A stretch of DNA of 64,000 nt. Source: Candidatus Saccharibacteria bacterium UBA2952 (GTDB taxonomy: Bacteria; Patescibacteriota; Saccharimonadia; Saccharimonadales; Saccharimonadaceae). Under the pieces are notes generated by a model. It was not told where the DNA came from, searched no databases, and was given only the letters and a program-made list of their open reading frames with translations. The position numbers and the translations under genes are program-made. Where the stretch lies: positions 78,715-142,714 of the forward strand of contig DEBQ01000006.1 in assembly GCA_002348605.1 (NCBI GenBank). Reading direction: 5' to 3'. Shown in pieces: positions 39,000 through 47,698 of this stretch (position 1 is its first letter; each line of letters starts with the position of its first letter).

Positions 39000-39935
39000 C
39001 TAGAAGATGCGCAGCCGTCTGCCGACCAGATAAACAAGCAGAATTAGTAGCGCAGTGAACGATGCGATGGCTGGAAACACCCAAGGCTGATTGGTCGGAA
39101 ACGGCAACAATATATTCATTCCAAGCATGCCATAAAGGACATTTGGCAGTGTAATGAGTACGGTAAAAACGGTGAGCGTTTTCATTCGTTGGTTCAGTCC
39201 GTTGTTCGCAATTGTGCTATAGGCGTTTCGGATACTTTCGACACGGCTTTGGTAGCTTTTTATGGCTACAAGTAATTGCTGAATATGCAGGCCAATGTCG
39301 TCGAGCGCTTCGAGACTCTGCGTGCCCAGCGTGTCGTGGGTATTTTCGCGCAGGCGTTTAGTCATAGCAAGCATACTGTCCAGGTTCATGTGGCAGTGTG
39401 TCAGGTTATCTTCGACCGTCACAAAATGTATGAAATCGTGGTTCGTAATTTCGTGTGTCTTCAAACGGTTAGCTGTATCGGTAATAGAACGAGACGTATG
39501 AGAAATCATGTCTTCGAACGCCGCTACAGCAGAAGCCATCACGCCGATAAGTAGCGTTTCGGTGTGCTCCGTCGTTATTGGCAAGGTGGACAATGCAACC
39601 GTTTGTGGTTGGATACCTTCGCCAATGCTGACCGTTATGAACGTCGTTGGCTTAACGACACAAAGAAGTGGCAGCGTCGTAACATGGGAAGACTTGGTCA
39701 GCCGAGGTAGGCGCAGGAATACATAGGCAGTGCCGTTAGAATACTCGACGCGTGGCAGCTCGCCACGGTCACGAACATCGTACACGACGTTAGTGTCAAG
39801 GTCGTGTGCCTTTATAATCGAATCGATTTCGCTGTCAGAAGCCGTTTGCGCGTCAATCCACACACCGTGTTCAATCGGCTGACTAATCTGTTCAAAGTCC
39901 TCACCCGGAGAGCGCTTGGCATAATACGCTAACAT
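39000..39935 (-). CDS. corA: CorA-family magnesium/cobalt transporter
   Basis: 311 aa with two C-terminal TM segments and YGMLGMN (GMN motif). Confidence 0.8.
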   Translation of the reverse strand: MLAYYAKRSPGEDFEQISQPIEHGVWIDAQTASDSEIDSIIKAHDLDTNVVYDVRDRGELPRVEYSNGTAYVFLRLPRLTKSSHVTTLPLLCVVKPTTFITVSIGEGIQPQTVALSTLPITTEHTETLLIGVMASAVAAFEDMISHTSRSITDTANRLKTHEITNHDFIHFVTVEDNLTHCHMNLDSMLAMTKRLRENTHDTLGTQSLEALDDIGLHIQQLLVAIKSYQSRVESIRNAYSTIANNGLNQRMKTLTVFTVLITLPNVLYGMLGMNILLPFPTNQPWVFPAIASFTALLILLVYLVGRRLRIF

Positions 39936-39970
39936 ACTACCGGTAGTATATAGCGTTTATGCTTATGTCG

Positions 39971-41659
39971 CTAGGCTTCGCCTGGTGTGACGCTTGGGTC
40001 AGCGTGTTTAAGCTCGCGTTCCTTGAGTGTAAAGACAAAGAACGAAGCAAGTCCCATGGTAACGGCCGAGATAATAAACAGCTGCCGTAACGAATCACTA
40101 AAGGCATGGGTAATCTTGTCGGAATACTCGGCTTGATTTTTGTCGAACATTTTAGTTGCTTGCTCTTTCACTGGTGCCGGAAGGTTGGCTGTCGCGGATG
40201 TAAAACCGTCATTAATTTTTTCTTTGACATCAGGCGTGTTGAGTGTCAGCAATGTGTTGGAATCAGTCAGGTCGCCGATTTTTTTAACTTCTTCGCTCCC
40301 AGCTAGCGACTTCACATACGCGTTGTCCTGAATGTTCGTCAGGTGCGAGGCTATGCCATTGGTAAGTAATGCGCCGAATACCGCGATGCCAATGGTAGAG
40401 CCAAGGCCACGGAATAACTGCACCGAGCTAGTCGCAACACCAAGTTCAGATTGCTTGAACTCGCTTTGAACCGCTATGTTTAGTACCGGCATAACCAGCC
40501 CTAGCCCAAGTCCGACACCAAACATCATAATAGCTTCGTGCCAGTATGGGGATTCCGGGGTAAGCGTGGCAAGGAGCGCAATCATAACGGTAGCAAGGAC
40601 GATTCCGATTTGCATGAATATCTTGTACCGACCAACCCGTGAGATTATCTGCCCAGAACCTATTGCCGCACTCATAATTCCAGCCATCATTGGCAGTAAC
40701 ATCAAGCCGCTTTCAGTTGGAGAAGCACCAAATACTTGCTGATTAAACTGGGTTAGATACAAAATCGAGCCCATGAAACCGACACCGAATAGAATGGAAA
40801 CGCCAACGATGCGCAAAAAGTTCATGTTCTTAAAGGTCTTCAGTGGAAGCGTCGGCTGCTCTGCTCGGCGTTCAACCGCAACAAGTGCAACAAGTCCAGC
40901 CGCAATGATTCCCGCCATAATAATACGCAGTGTCAGCAGCGAAATGTTAGCCCAGTCCATAAGGCCTGCGAATGTCGTGGCGGTGTTATCTACCGCTAGT
41001 ACGATTGTTGCAAGTACAAGCGCAAGCAGCGCGGCACCGGCGTAGTCAATCTTAGGCTTTTTCTCATGGCGTAGACTTGGCGTAAACACGGCAATCAAGG
41101 TAAATGCGACGGCCGCGATTGGCACGTTAATAAAGAACGTCCATCGCCAATCGGTAACAGCACCAAATAGGTGCTGGCCGTCTGTCAGCCAGCCCCCAAG
41201 CAGAGGCCCAATCACCGACGCGATACCGAATACCGCACCAAACAATCCCTGCCAGCGTCCACGTTCGCGGGCAGCAAACAGGTCGCCAATAATGGTAAAC
41301 GCATTGGCCGTAATAATACCGCCGCCGATTCCCTGGAACGCACGCGCCCATATCAATTGGTTCACATCTGCGGCCATGCCGCTAAACAGCGAACCCAGCG
41401 CGAAGACGGCCACGCCGGTAAGTAGTACCGTACGTCGGCCGAACAAGTCGGATAGCTTACCTGCGATTGGTGTCGTTACGGTCGTCGTAAGTAAGTACGC
41501 GGTGAAGATCCAACTTAAAGAATCAAACGCGTTAAAGTCTTCGACGATTTTGCCGAGTGCGGTCGAAATAATCGTCTGGTCAAGCGCAACCAAAAACAGG
41601 CTGGCCATGACCGAAAGCATAATGATTAATTTGCCCCGAAGGCTCAAATGATGGTGCAT
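39971..41659 (-). CDS. MFS transporter, DHA2 (14-TM drug:H+ antiporter) type
   Basis: 562 aa; GKLSDLFGRR motif A and 14 predicted TM segments with a long C-terminal soluble insert. Confidence 0.85.
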   Translation of the reverse strand: MHHHLSLRGKLIIMLSVMASLFLVALDQTIISTALGKIVEDFNAFDSLSWIFTAYLLTTTVTTPIAGKLSDLFGRRTVLLTGVAVFALGSLFSGMAADVNQLIWARAFQGIGGGIITANAFTIIGDLFAARERGRWQGLFGAVFGIASVIGPLLGGWLTDGQHLFGAVTDWRWTFFINVPIAAVAFTLIAVFTPSLRHEKKPKIDYAGAALLALVLATIVLAVDNTATTFAGLMDWANISLLTLRIIMAGIIAAGLVALVAVERRAEQPTLPLKTFKNMNFLRIVGVSILFGVGFMGSILYLTQFNQQVFGASPTESGLMLLPMMAGIMSAAIGSGQIISRVGRYKIFMQIGIVLATVMIALLATLTPESPYWHEAIMMFGVGLGLGLVMPVLNIAVQSEFKQSELGVATSSVQLFRGLGSTIGIAVFGALLTNGIASHLTNIQDNAYVKSLAGSEEVKKIGDLTDSNTLLTLNTPDVKEKINDGFTSATANLPAPVKEQATKMFDKNQAEYSDKITHAFSDSLRQLFIISAVTMGLASFFVFTLKERELKHADPSVTPGEA

Positions 41660-41666
41660 ATGGTGA

Positions 41667-41906
41667 CTACTCCTGGTCCAGTTTTTCTTTTATGCTGCGT
41701 ACTTCGTCGGCATGCTCCGTTATGCGGTCCAGCATTTCGCGAAATTGATCTTCTTTTAGCATTCCCACAAAATGGTCCGAACCGAACACATACAATTTGT
41801 CACCAGTTTTAATTCCCATTGCCTCGCGGGCTTCGGCAGGAATCACCACCTGACCTTTCGTGCCAACGGTAGCAGTACCGTACAGCTTTTTATTGTGTAT
41901 GCCCAT
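41667..41906 (-). CDS. AbrB/MazE/SpoVT-type DNA-binding domain protein
   Basis: 79 aa; TVGTKGQVVIPAEAREAMGIKTGDKL swapped-hairpin motif; 7 nt upstream of the MFS gene. Confidence 0.75.
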   Translation of the reverse strand: MGIHNKKLYGTATVGTKGQVVIPAEAREAMGIKTGDKLYVFGSDHFVGMLKEDQFREMLDRITEHADEVRSIKEKLDQE

Positions 41907-41981
41907 TCATACCTTCCTTTTTTAAGATTTATCTTAGATTATCTTTAGTGTAGAAAAGTATGAAATGTATGTCAAGTATAA

Positions 41982-42542
41982 CTATGGCTTGCTGATGTAG
42001 GAGTTGTGCGTTATATAAAAACGCCACGGCTCGTCAGCGGCCTTAGAAATTCCAACGCGCGTTGCCGTCGTAATATCTTTGTCCACGAGTTGGGGTTTTA
42101 GCTCAAGCTTCAGTGGACTCTTTGCCAGGTCATGCCCATTCATGCGCTTATCGACTCCGAGTGCTTGGCACAATTTGGCTGGTCCGTTTGTTAGGTCGAT
42201 TCCTTGCTTTGGTCGCCTTTCGCTAAGTAATTCTTCGCCTTCAATCGGCTCGACTGCGCGAATCAACACCGCCGCACCGTAATGCTCTGGCCCGACCACG
42301 ACGTTCATGCAGTAATGCATGCCATACGTAAAGTACACATACAAATGCCCGGCCGGGCCGAACATTACATCGGTGCGCTGAGTACGACCATTATAGCTGT
42401 GGCTGGCGGCGTCGGTTTGGTCGTAGGCTTCGGTTTCAACTATCCGCACCCTTGCTTGACCGTCACCAAAAGTCCGAATAAGTTCACAGCCGAGTAGGCG
42501 TTTCGCCGCGTCAACTGCTGATAAACGAGATAAAATCTCCAT
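41982..42542 (-). CDS. mpg: DNA-3-methylpurine glycosylase (Mpg/AAG family)
   Basis: ETEAY, GPAGHLYVYFTYGMHYCMNVV motifs. Confidence 0.9.
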   Translation of the reverse strand: MEILSRLSAVDAAKRLLGCELIRTFGDGQARVRIVETEAYDQTDAASHSYNGRTQRTDVMFGPAGHLYVYFTYGMHYCMNVVVGPEHYGAAVLIRAVEPIEGEELLSERRPKQGIDLTNGPAKLCQALGVDKRMNGHDLAKSPLKLELKPQLVDKDITTATRVGISKAADEPWRFYITHNSYISKP

Positions 42543-42584
42543 TTACATAATTATAGACTCGTTCGACTACGCTTTGTACTTATG

Positions 42585-43097
42585 TTATGCCGCTTCAATC
42601 GTATCTATTTCAAAATGGCGAGAAATAGCAGCGCCGAGCACGGCGTATTCAGCCATCGAAGTGCCAAGCCTGCTTGCGCTTCTTACTACCTCAGCCGCAA
42701 CGGGGGTTTCATTTTTAAAGCATTCATAAGAATCTAAAAAGTAGTCCCGCACCCAAGTATCGTCGAACGCCCCGTCAAGCGCTGCGCCAATGTCCCGGAG
42801 CTTAAACGCACTGCTTGCGGAGGGCGTTGTGTTAACCATTGCCGACATTGCTTCGAACATTGCCGCACCTTTGTCTATAGCCTCACCGCGCGAACCATCA
42901 TAATCGAGTCGAAGTCCGGCACGTAAAATACTTTGGTGACCAATTTTAAATACCGGCCGCACTTCTTCGGCAGCTATGTGCCCACGTGATACAAGCTCGC
43001 CGTTCGCAAGAATTAGTTGAAGCAATTCCGCATTTTCCTCAGTAAGGTCATCGTAAGGAAAATGTGGTTGTGGTTCTAGGTGAAGCAATGCTCCCAT
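42585..43097 (-). CDS. Hypothetical protein
   Basis: 170 aa; GGGAG SD and TATAAT upstream; no motif recognised. Confidence 0.55.
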   Translation of the reverse strand: MGALLHLEPQPHFPYDDLTEENAELLQLILANGELVSRGHIAAEEVRPVFKIGHQSILRAGLRLDYDGSRGEAIDKGAAMFEAMSAMVNTTPSASSAFKLRDIGAALDGAFDDTWVRDYFLDSYECFKNETPVAAEVVRSASRLGTSMAEYAVLGAAISRHFEIDTIEAA

Positions 43098-43138
43098 GCT
43101 GTGTGTCTCCCGTTTTGATTGTTCGGATTATACGCCCG

Positions 43139-44110
43139 CTACGATTCCCATGCAAATCCCTTGTGTCCGTAGTGCCCGTATTCGGCGGTCTGCTCGTAAA
43201 TCGGCCGACGAAGGTCGAGGAATTTTATGATTCCGTTCGGCGTCAGGTCGTAGCCTTCAATCACTTCTTCTTGGCCGTCAATTATCACGCTGGCTTCGAG
43301 CGGTTGGTCGTAACCAATCGCATACGCCAAATACACGTATACTTCTTTAGCACCGCGTTTTTTCAAATAATCCACGGCGACTTTTCGCGCCATGTAGGCA
43401 GCCGAACGATCAACTTTGCTGGGGTCTTTGCCGCTGAACGCTCCGCCGCCTAACGGAACATGCGGGCCGTAATTGTCGACTGCCAGCTTACGGCCAGTCA
43501 GGCCAGCATCGGCGTCAAACCCGCCTTGGTTCCAGTCGCCAGCCGGATTGACATGGTACTCCACTTCGTCGAACGTCGCACCGGACTCGTCCGTTAACCA
43601 CTGCTCAACGGCAGCCTTTAGTTCGGCCTGCGGAGCGTGCTGGAAACTCGCCACCACGCTGGTTACGCGGCCGTCCTTGGTCGTAATCTGTGTTTTACCG
43701 TCGTGCGGCCAAGTCTTATATAAGTACTGGTTCAAGCTGCGCGCCAGTACGTATTCGAGCGGTAACAGTTCGGAGGTTTCGCTAGTTGCATACCCTACCA
43801 TAATTCCCTGGTCACCTGCCCCGCCGGTGTCGACACCATGCGCGATTTCCGGACTTTGGGCAGCAATATGAACGATTACGTCAATGTCACCGGCGACTCG
43901 TTTAACGATAGCTTCAACATCAATATCTTTGGCTTTCGATGTCACTTCACCGGTAACGAACACCTTGCCGTGTCCGCCGGCGACATCGATTGCCACGCGT
44001 GCCAGTGGGTCCTGCGCCAAGTGCGCGTCCAAAAGTGCGTCCGAAATACGGTCGCAAATTTTGTCTGGGTGTTTTGGCGAAACGCTTTCAGCGGTCCTAA
44101 AAGTTGGCAT
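43139..44110 (-). CDS. metK: S-adenosylmethionine synthetase, compact form (~323 aa)
   Basis: ESVSPKHPDKICD, GAGDQGIM, GGGAFSGKDPSKVDRSAAY motifs. ATG 44110 has an AAAGGAG SD; the track ORF extends to 44146. Confidence 0.9.
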   Translation of the reverse strand: MPTFRTAESVSPKHPDKICDRISDALLDAHLAQDPLARVAIDVAGGHGKVFVTGEVTSKAKDIDVEAIVKRVAGDIDVIVHIAAQSPEIAHGVDTGGAGDQGIMVGYATSETSELLPLEYVLARSLNQYLYKTWPHDGKTQITTKDGRVTSVVASFQHAPQAELKAAVEQWLTDESGATFDEVEYHVNPAGDWNQGGFDADAGLTGRKLAVDNYGPHVPLGGGAFSGKDPSKVDRSAAYMARKVAVDYLKKRGAKEVYVYLAYAIGYDQPLEASVIIDGQEEVIEGYDLTPNGIIKFLDLRRPIYEQTAEYGHYGHKGFAWES

Positions 44111-44177
44111 AAAAATAACTCCTTTATTACGTATCTTTCCGCCCATAATGCGTTCGATAAAAGGAGTCTAAAGCTTT

Positions 44178-44273
44178 CTTATCTTTCCGCAAGGGCTAGA
44201 AGGGGCACCTGACGCGTACGCGCTGGTTGCCGGCAGGTCGTCGAGCTAGTTCTCTCGCTGCACTCTGGATACG
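44178..44273 (-). promoter_or_regulatory. SAM-I (S-box) riboswitch in the metK leader
   Basis: Minus strand UAUCCAGAG..GAGAGA..GACGA..GCCGGCAACC..(GCGUACGC hairpin)..AGGUGCC..AAAGAUAAG, with a P1 UAUC/GAUA closing helix. A downstream CUCCUUU is complementary to the metK SD AAAGGAG. Confidence 0.75.
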
Positions 44274-44311
44274 TCTGATTGTTAGTGTACATATACGAGT
44301 ATAATAAAAGT

Positions 44312-44569
44312 ATGAGCGAGAGTAAATCCAACAAAGAAGAATTCAGGGTTAGCGGCGAAGAGCTACTTGCCAAGGTTAAAGAAATTATTCGCGAAGGCAA
44401 CGTTCGGCGACTTATTATCAAAGACAAAGACGGCAAGACCATGGTAGAAATCCCGTTGACCGTCGGAGTGGTTGGCATCGTACTCGCACCGGTATTGGCT
44501 GCCGTTGGTGCAATCGCCGCCTTGGTCACGGAATGTACGATCTTAGTTGAGCGTACTGACGCTAAATAA
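44312..44569 (+). CDS. DUF4342-like small protein
   Basis: 85 aa; EEFRVSGEELLAKVKEIIREGNVRRLIIKDKDGKTMVEIPLTVGVVG. ATG is 6 nt after TATAAT. Confidence 0.65.
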   Translation: MSESKSNKEEFRVSGEELLAKVKEIIREGNVRRLIIKDKDGKTMVEIPLTVGVVGIVLAPVLAAVGAIAALVTECTILVERTDAK

Positions 44570-45274
44570 CTTCACCCATTCTTCAAGCGTTAGCTGCGAC
44601 GGAATTTTTTCAGGCGACAGACCTGCTTTTTCGCGTGGGGTTTTAGCAAAGAACTTCTGCTCGGCAAAGCAGCGTTCAATGAATGTCCGGTACTTCGGCA
44701 TCGCTTCAATCAGCAACAGCGGTTCTTCCCGCAACTTTAGTTCCAACAGCACCGTGTCGACACCCGGCGGCGGTGTAAAGTCAGTCCGTTTTAAGGGCTT
44801 ACGGATACGCGCTGCAAATAGTGGCCCGATCTGTGCGCCGAGCTGCGACGTAAAATGGTCACTGCCCGGTTCTAATTTTCGGGCGAACTGGCGCTGGGCA
44901 ATCAGGTAGATCGCTTTCGGTGGCCGCGGACTTTCGGTAAACTTACGAACAATCGCCGCACTTAGATTGAATGGGATGTTCGAGAATATCTTGTAGGGAA
45001 CTTCTGGCGGGTCAAGCGTTAGAATGTCTTGTTCAAGAATATTTACATTCAATACATTGCCCAAATTAGTTCGGAGCTTTTTGACCGCGCCGGGCTCAAT
45101 TTCTACCGCGATTACTTTTTTGCAGCGGTTTGCCAGTACGCTCGCAATCACGCCGCTGCCGGCGCCAAGATCGTATACCAGATCGTTCTTGCGGATATTA
45201 GAATGACCAATCAGTTCCGCAACAATGTGCGGACTACGTAAAAAGTGCTGGGCGTATTCATGCTCACGGGCCAT
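44543..45274 (-). CDS. rRNA adenine N6-dimethyltransferase family, Erm-like by size and C-terminus
   Basis: 243 aa; AQHFL (QNFL-like), DLGAGSGV SAM loop, NIPFNLS, FTPPPGVDT. The short C-terminal domain fits Erm better than KsgA, but this is not decisive. Confidence 0.7.
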   Translation of the reverse strand: MAREHEYAQHFLRSPHIVAELIGHSNIRKNDLVYDLGAGSGVIASVLANRCKKVIAVEIEPGAVKKLRTNLGNVLNVNILEQDILTLDPPEVPYKIFSNIPFNLSAAIVRKFTESPRPPKAIYLIAQRQFARKLEPGSDHFTSQLGAQIGPLFAARIRKPLKRTDFTPPPGVDTVLLELKLREEPLLLIEAMPKYRTFIERCFAEQKFFAKTPREKAGLSPEKIPSQLTLEEWVKLFSVSTLN

Positions 45275-45309
45275 ATGGTGTCATTATACCTTGTTTTAAG
45301 AGTGATGTA

Positions 45310-45338
45310 TTGACTTTTTATACATTTTGTAGTATAAT
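45310..45338 (+). promoter_or_regulatory. Perfect consensus promoter TTGACT-N17-TATAAT
   Basis: TTGACT 45310-45315 and TATAAT 45333-45338 in an AT-rich stretch immediately upstream of the GC-rich gene. Confidence 0.75.
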
Positions 45339-45381
45339 TATATATTGTAGGTAATTGTCCTTCTCACTCTTAGGAGTTTCG

Positions 45382-45765
45382 TTGCACAAGCTGCAAGAGC
45401 TTCGCGAAGACGCCGGTTTCACCGTCGCCGAGCTTGCTGAGTACACCGGCCTGTCCACCTCGACCATTTATGGCATCGAGAATGGCACGTCCGAGTTCAA
45501 AACGCATGTCGGTGTCGCGCAGATCCTGGCCGAAACGTTCGACTGCGACGTGAACGACATCTTCACATCCGAGGAGCTGTCGCACCGCGGTCGGCCGCCG
45601 CTCACCGGCAAGCCGATTGGTCACGTCACCAGCATGCTCGAAGTCAGCGTCACGAAGAACGGTCAGACTGAGACCTTCCGGCTCTTCCACGAGCTTGAAG
45701 GTAGCGCCTGCGAGCGCTGTCACATCGTCATGCCGCTCACAGGCAAGTGCCCGTTCTGTGACTAA
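45382..45765 (+). CDS. XRE-family HTH regulator with C-terminal CxxC..CxxC zinc-ribbon-like tail
   Basis: TVAELAEYTGLSTSTIYGIENG HTH; C-terminal ACERCH..GKCPFC. TTG start 5 nt after GGAG; strongly G/C-ending codons. Confidence 0.7.
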   Translation: MHKLQELREDAGFTVAELAEYTGLSTSTIYGIENGTSEFKTHVGVAQILAETFDCDVNDIFTSEELSHRGRPPLTGKPIGHVTSMLEVSVTKNGQTETFRLFHELEGSACERCHIVMPLTGKCPFCD

Positions 45766-45795
45766 CCTACTACCCCCGAAAGGAGTTTTCAACCT

Positions 45796-45818
45796 GAGAA
45801 CCCCTTCGGGGGTTTCTC
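45796..45818. terminator. Bidirectional stem-loop terminator between convergent genes
   Basis: GAGAACCCC-TTCG-GGGGTTTCTC followed by ATTT. Confidence 0.75.
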
Positions 45819-45820
45819 AT

Positions 45821-46603
45821 TTAAGCTTCTCGCCGAAGCGCCTCTTGCCCTGCGGTGGCTGCCTCGCTGACGAGCGTAGAATATACGGTCTGACTTAGTT
45901 CCTTTGGGTTGTTGGCAAAATGCTGCATAAGCGGCGAACGCTCATCGGCAAACTGTGCCATCGTTGGGCGTACGCCCAACGCATCAGTCAGATCAAGCGC
46001 TGCCTCGTACTCGGTATGGGCTGCTTGCATGGCAGCTTCTTGCATCTCTACTCTATCCATCCTCATGTTAGCTACGTTATGTTTAATGACGGCCAATGTA
46101 ACCGCGCTGGTAGCGAGTGCCCGGCCTAATTGAATGTCTTTTCGGGCGATCATATTCGGACTTCGGTCTTTAAATACCATTTCCTCGACGACACTTGCCA
46201 GTTCCGCGGTTCGCGACAAGTCAATCTTGGCTTTTTCAATTAGATTTTCTGGGCTTAGGCGTTCGTCCGTTTCAGGGTCTATCATAATAGGCAGTTTTGC
46301 ACGCCTGAACATTACTTCGTCACCAAAATGCTGCGCATAGGTATGGTATGCGCTGCCCATCCCCGTGACGGCAAGTAGTGATGCGGCTTCTTCAATGTCG
46401 CTGTCACTTCCAGCGTCTGCGATATGCCTGAATGTTCGTTCGGCAGTCGCCGTGCCCACCTTTTGTAACCATGGAATCACAACCCCTTGCCTACCTTTAA
46501 ACATGGCTAGGCGTTCGTTGTCCCGGGTCGGTGCTGGAACATAATCCAGACCCTCGGCTGTTTGTACGGTGTTAAATACATATTCTCTTCGCTCTCTACT
46601 CAT
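45821..46603 (-). CDS. Hypothetical protein
   Basis: 260 aa, helical-looking; TATAGT 7 nt upstream of the ATG; no motif recognised. Confidence 0.6.
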   Translation of the reverse strand: MSRERREYVFNTVQTAEGLDYVPAPTRDNERLAMFKGRQGVVIPWLQKVGTATAERTFRHIADAGSDSDIEEAASLLAVTGMGSAYHTYAQHFGDEVMFRRAKLPIMIDPETDERLSPENLIEKAKIDLSRTAELASVVEEMVFKDRSPNMIARKDIQLGRALATSAVTLAVIKHNVANMRMDRVEMQEAAMQAAHTEYEAALDLTDALGVRPTMAQFADERSPLMQHFANNPKELSQTVYSTLVSEAATAGQEALRREA

Positions 46604-46687
46604 ATAAACTACTATACGCTGCTTATTGCATGATGTATAGAAATATTACATCGTATATAAGCATAAGCTTCCTGCTATACTATGGCT

Positions 46688-47071
46688 ATGGATAACGCCG
46701 AACTACTTAACCAGTTGAACCAGCAACAGCAGAATGGCAGCGGTGACCAAACTACCCTGCTGCAAAGCCTGCTTGGCGGAACGGATGGTGGCAGTTTGAT
46801 TCCCGAATCGTTGGTACAAACACTGACCATCAGTCTTATCGCGCTGAACGTGGTCGGTGTACTGTTTCTTATCGCGTATATATTAAGCGGTATTCGCAAA
46901 TGGAAGGTGCAATCGGCCGTGCTTCACATGCGAAAAGACCTAGAAGAAATCAAAGCCCACATGTCGCCTCCCGCTCCTGCCTCACAGCCCGAACCGGTGG
47001 CTACGCAAACCGAAACGCCCGACAAACCGGCTCCAGGCGAACAGTCGAGCAATACCTCTACTACGGTGTGA
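46688..47071 (+). CDS. Hypothetical single-pass membrane protein with Gln-rich N-terminus and Pro-rich C-terminus
   Basis: Second ATG (46688) is 6 nt after TGcTATACT; the track ORF starts at 46682. Confidence 0.55.
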   Translation: MDNAELLNQLNQQQQNGSGDQTTLLQSLLGGTDGGSLIPESLVQTLTISLIALNVVGVLFLIAYILSGIRKWKVQSAVLHMRKDLEEIKAHMSPPAPASQPEPVATQTETPDKPAPGEQSSNTSTTV

Positions 47072-47181
47072 CCCAAGTCATTGCATTGACCTACCCTAAA
47101 GTCGTATAACATAGGTATCCCCAACCACGATTGGGAGTGCTGTACCTACGAGGGTACTGCCAATCTTTAAGGAGGTGCCAT

Positions 47182-47685
47182 ATGAGCGTACCTAACACTT
47201 ACACCACCATTAACGAAACAGGGTGCTGTGCTGTTCCCGATGTCAGTGCTTGGGACAAGCAAGAAGTCACCTTTAAGAACAAACTGTTCATCCGCGGTCA
47301 TACGCGCAGTATCATGTACGTACCGCTGAATATGAGCAAAACTATGACTCTGCTGCAACAGCAGGCATCTGATGCGAACGCCGAAATGCCGCCGCAAGAA
47401 GCCATGATCCTAAGCCGCGAACTGTCGCCGTGGAAGGGCGAGCACCTGTACGCCGTTAGCCACACGGTAGACGGCGCCGACAATGTCGTACTCAGCGGCA
47501 CGTACCTTACGAAAGTATTCGAAGGTCCGTTCAAAGACGCTGGTAAGTGGCACAAGCAGCTAATCGACTATGTGAACGAGCACCGAAAAGCCGTAAAGAA
47601 TACCTACTTCTTTTACACCACGTGCCCGAACTGCGCTAAGCACTACGGTAAAAACTATGTCATTGGCCTTGCGCAAATTGCCTGA
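47182..47685 (+). CDS. Hypothetical protein
   Basis: 167 aa from ATG 47182 with a GGAGG SD; C-terminal CPNC motif. Confidence 0.6.
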   Translation: MSVPNTYTTINETGCCAVPDVSAWDKQEVTFKNKLFIRGHTRSIMYVPLNMSKTMTLLQQQASDANAEMPPQEAMILSRELSPWKGEHLYAVSHTVDGADNVVLSGTYLTKVFEGPFKDAGKWHKQLIDYVNEHRKAVKNTYFFYTTCPNCAKHYGKNYVIGLAQIA

Positions 47686-47698
47686 CAAGGAGGGTGCT

